Part shown: positions 62,468 through 64,000 of the stretch, in pieces | Position numbering within the stretch: position 1 is the stretch's first letter | Layout of the letters: each line of letters begins with the position of its first letter | IMG/VR virus record: IMGVR_UViG_3300050821_003907 | Coordinates: 96,001-160,000 of that record | DNA from: a virus | Direction: 5' to 3' (one strand) | Length of the DNA stretch: 64,000 bases | Made by a program: the position numbers and the translations under genes | Notes under the pieces: generated by a model | The model's database searches: none | Told to the model about the DNA's origin: nothing | Seen by the model: the letters and a program-made list of their open reading frames with translations, nothing else

Positions 62468-62624
62468 TTAAGTGACCTTCCAGTCGTCATAGTGAATCCA
62501 GAAGTCCAGTACGCAACCGCGTACCCGAACCCAGCCGATTTCGTTGGTCTCTGGCTCATCATCTGACAGGCACACTCTCGTCCCTCCATCTGTTACAACC
62601 ACGCGGGGCACCGGGGTATTCCGG

Positions 62625-64000
62625 CTAGCCGCGCTTGCTGTAGTCGTTACCGTCAGCGCGAGCCAGGACTTCCGACGCGATGTCGTCGGCAATCTGCTCA
62701 AGCTCGTCTTGGGTCATCGGCTTGTCACTGCCACGACGGTTACCGGGGTAAGGCAGGTCAGGCATGGGCTTGGCAGGCCGCATCACGAGCTTGATACCGG
62801 CTCGCCGCCAGTTGGCTAGACTGTCACTGGTGATGCTTCCCTTACCTTCACTCTGAAGGGACACGCGGTCACCCTCAACCACGATGACAGTGCTAACGCC
62901 CTTTGGCCACTCCCGGATGTCCAGCCTTACGCGGTCTCCCACCATAGGCTCATACACGTTCGGAAGTACCTCAACCGTAAACGTGATGTCGTCATCAGGC
63001 AGGCAACCAGACTCACCGCACCAGGACTGGCACGCGCAACCCCACGATTCCCCGCACGTAAGCTCAAGGAACTCGCCATACGACAATTCTCCTGCCTTGA
63101 ATGCGGCGTGAGCAGCCTCCTTTTCATCCGGTGAGCAAATCGCGGGCGAGTACGCGGCGTTACTGTCGTCATCCTCAACGCGGTCCAGTAGCGCGCGGTC
63201 CTGCGCTAGCATGCGTCGCATCCATTCCGGCTGCCATCCGCCATCGTCATCATCGTAGTTACGCGCGGGAACCTTGCTACCAGCAGGAGTGAAGCACGAG
63301 CATTCAGAAGCGGTCATGTAGCAGTCCTGGCAGGAGTCGCACGCGGCGCACAGCAGCGTAACGATGTCTACCCTAGGCTGACCGCAAAGGCAGCAAATGA
63401 CGTTCTCGCGCTCTGACGCGCCCTCTTCAGCATCACGGAACTGCGTGCCAAGGCCGCACGTGTCAGGCGCACCAGACGCCCAACTGCCCTCATTAGACGA
63501 CCACGTGCCATCTTCCTTTCGCGTCCACTCACCACTCTGGTAATCCCACGTAGCGCCGGTGTAGGCACTACGACGGGGCACGATGTAGCCGGTGTTGCTG
63601 TGCCATGCCCCGTCACGGGTCCAGATACCCGCATCCTCGTTGTAAATCTTGTACTCCCACGGCGCACCGGCAGCACGAGCAGCAGGCGACATCGCGTCAG
63701 GATTCACGGTGATGATGGCGACCTTGTTGCCACCGCCAAGGTAACTCTCGATTTTCCTGGTTCCGCGCTTGGACCACAAGCTAGCAGGCTGATGAAACTT
63801 CGCCTTGATAAGGTCACTCGGGTCAGTGACCTTCACGATTCCCTTGAGGATATCCGGCATTAGCACTTCCGCGAAGATTCGCGTGTCACTACGCCAGTCA
63901 CCCGCGTGCGGCGAGAAAAAGACACCGTTATGACCTAGAACAGTCTTGGGGTCAGCGCCCGCACCGCTCCAGTTCACGTCAAACGGGTGACACCCGCGCG
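62625..64000 (-). CDS. class II glutamine amidotransferase with Cys-rich C-terminal extension (5'-truncated by window edge)
   Basis: CHPF (read from last bases), LGHNG, SDTRIF; C-terminal CxxC clusters and an SH3-like module. Confidence 0.8.
   Translation of the reverse strand, partial: RGCHPFDVNWSGAGADPKTVLGHNGVFFSPHAGDWRSDTRIFAEVLMPDILKGIVKVTDPSDLIKAKFHQPASLWSKRGTRKIESYLGGGNKVAIITVNPDAMSPAARAAGAPWEYKIYNEDAGIWTRDGAWHSNTGYIVPRRSAYTGATWDYQSGEWTRKEDGTWSSNEGSWASGAPDTCGLGTQFRDAEEGASERENVICCLCGQPRVDIVTLLCAACDSCQDCYMTASECSCFTPAGSKVPARNYDDDDGGWQPEWMRRMLAQDRALLDRVEDDDSNAAYSPAICSPDEKEAAHAAFKAGELSYGEFLELTCGESWGCACQSWCGESGCLPDDDITFTVEVLPNVYEPMVGDRVRLDIREWPKGVSTVIVVEGDRVSLQSEGKGSITSDSLANWRRAGIKLVMRPAKPMPDLPYPGNRRGSDKPMTQDELEQIADDIASEVLARADGNDYSKRG

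Noticed and set aside
1-64000. tRNA genes and CRISPR arrays
   Set aside because: No cloverleaf with a proper T-loop and no regularly spaced repeat-spacer series were seen by eye; GATTCGAA-like hits (e.g. near 54138) fall inside CDSs. tRNAscan/CRT would be needed to confirm.
1-64000. Stop-codon recoding (TAG read-through), suggested by frequent CTAG/TAG
   Set aside because: Recognisable genes are intact under code 11, and the NamH-like protein ends at TAG where its homolog ends. CTAG enrichment could not be quantified by eye.
62625-64000. GlmS (GFAT) supplying sugar to the GT2, as in chloroviruses
   Set aside because: No SIS/isomerase domains; the C-terminus is Cys-rich instead

Overview
This is a 64-kb segment of a large dsDNA bacteriophage, or a phage-like element, infecting a mycelial or sporulating actinomycete. 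The host call rests on an SsgA-like protein, a NamH-like hydroxylase, an Rpf-like LysM muralytic enzyme, Ku and a class II B12-dependent RNR. Genes are densely packed and mostly small. They run mainly on the + strand over 1-14.2 kb and 16.3-22.3 kb, and on the - strand over 14.2-16.3 kb and 22.5-64 kb. No capsid, terminase, portal, integrase, tRNA or CRISPR array was recognised. Recognisable genes include a tailspike/depolymerase, a papain-like protease, nrdJ, an endolysin, two MazG-like pyrophosphatases, a GGQ release-factor-like protein, a C5 DNA methyltransferase, an SPFH protein, Ku, an RNA-ligase-like protein, a DUF3631-type ATPase, a truncated class II glutamine amidotransferase and about seven free-standing HNH/GIY-YIG/EndoVII endonucleases. 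The most unusual content is a set of host-envelope and development genes: an intein-containing processive GT2 synthase next to a lipoprotein ricin-GH5 glycanase (a candidate phage-encoded surface polysaccharide system), a namH-like muramic acid hydroxylase, ssgA-like and rpf-like genes. Two intergenic elements (about 101 and 196 nt) fold into long closed stems and are candidate ncRNAs. All functional calls come from motif reading by eye; no database searches were run.
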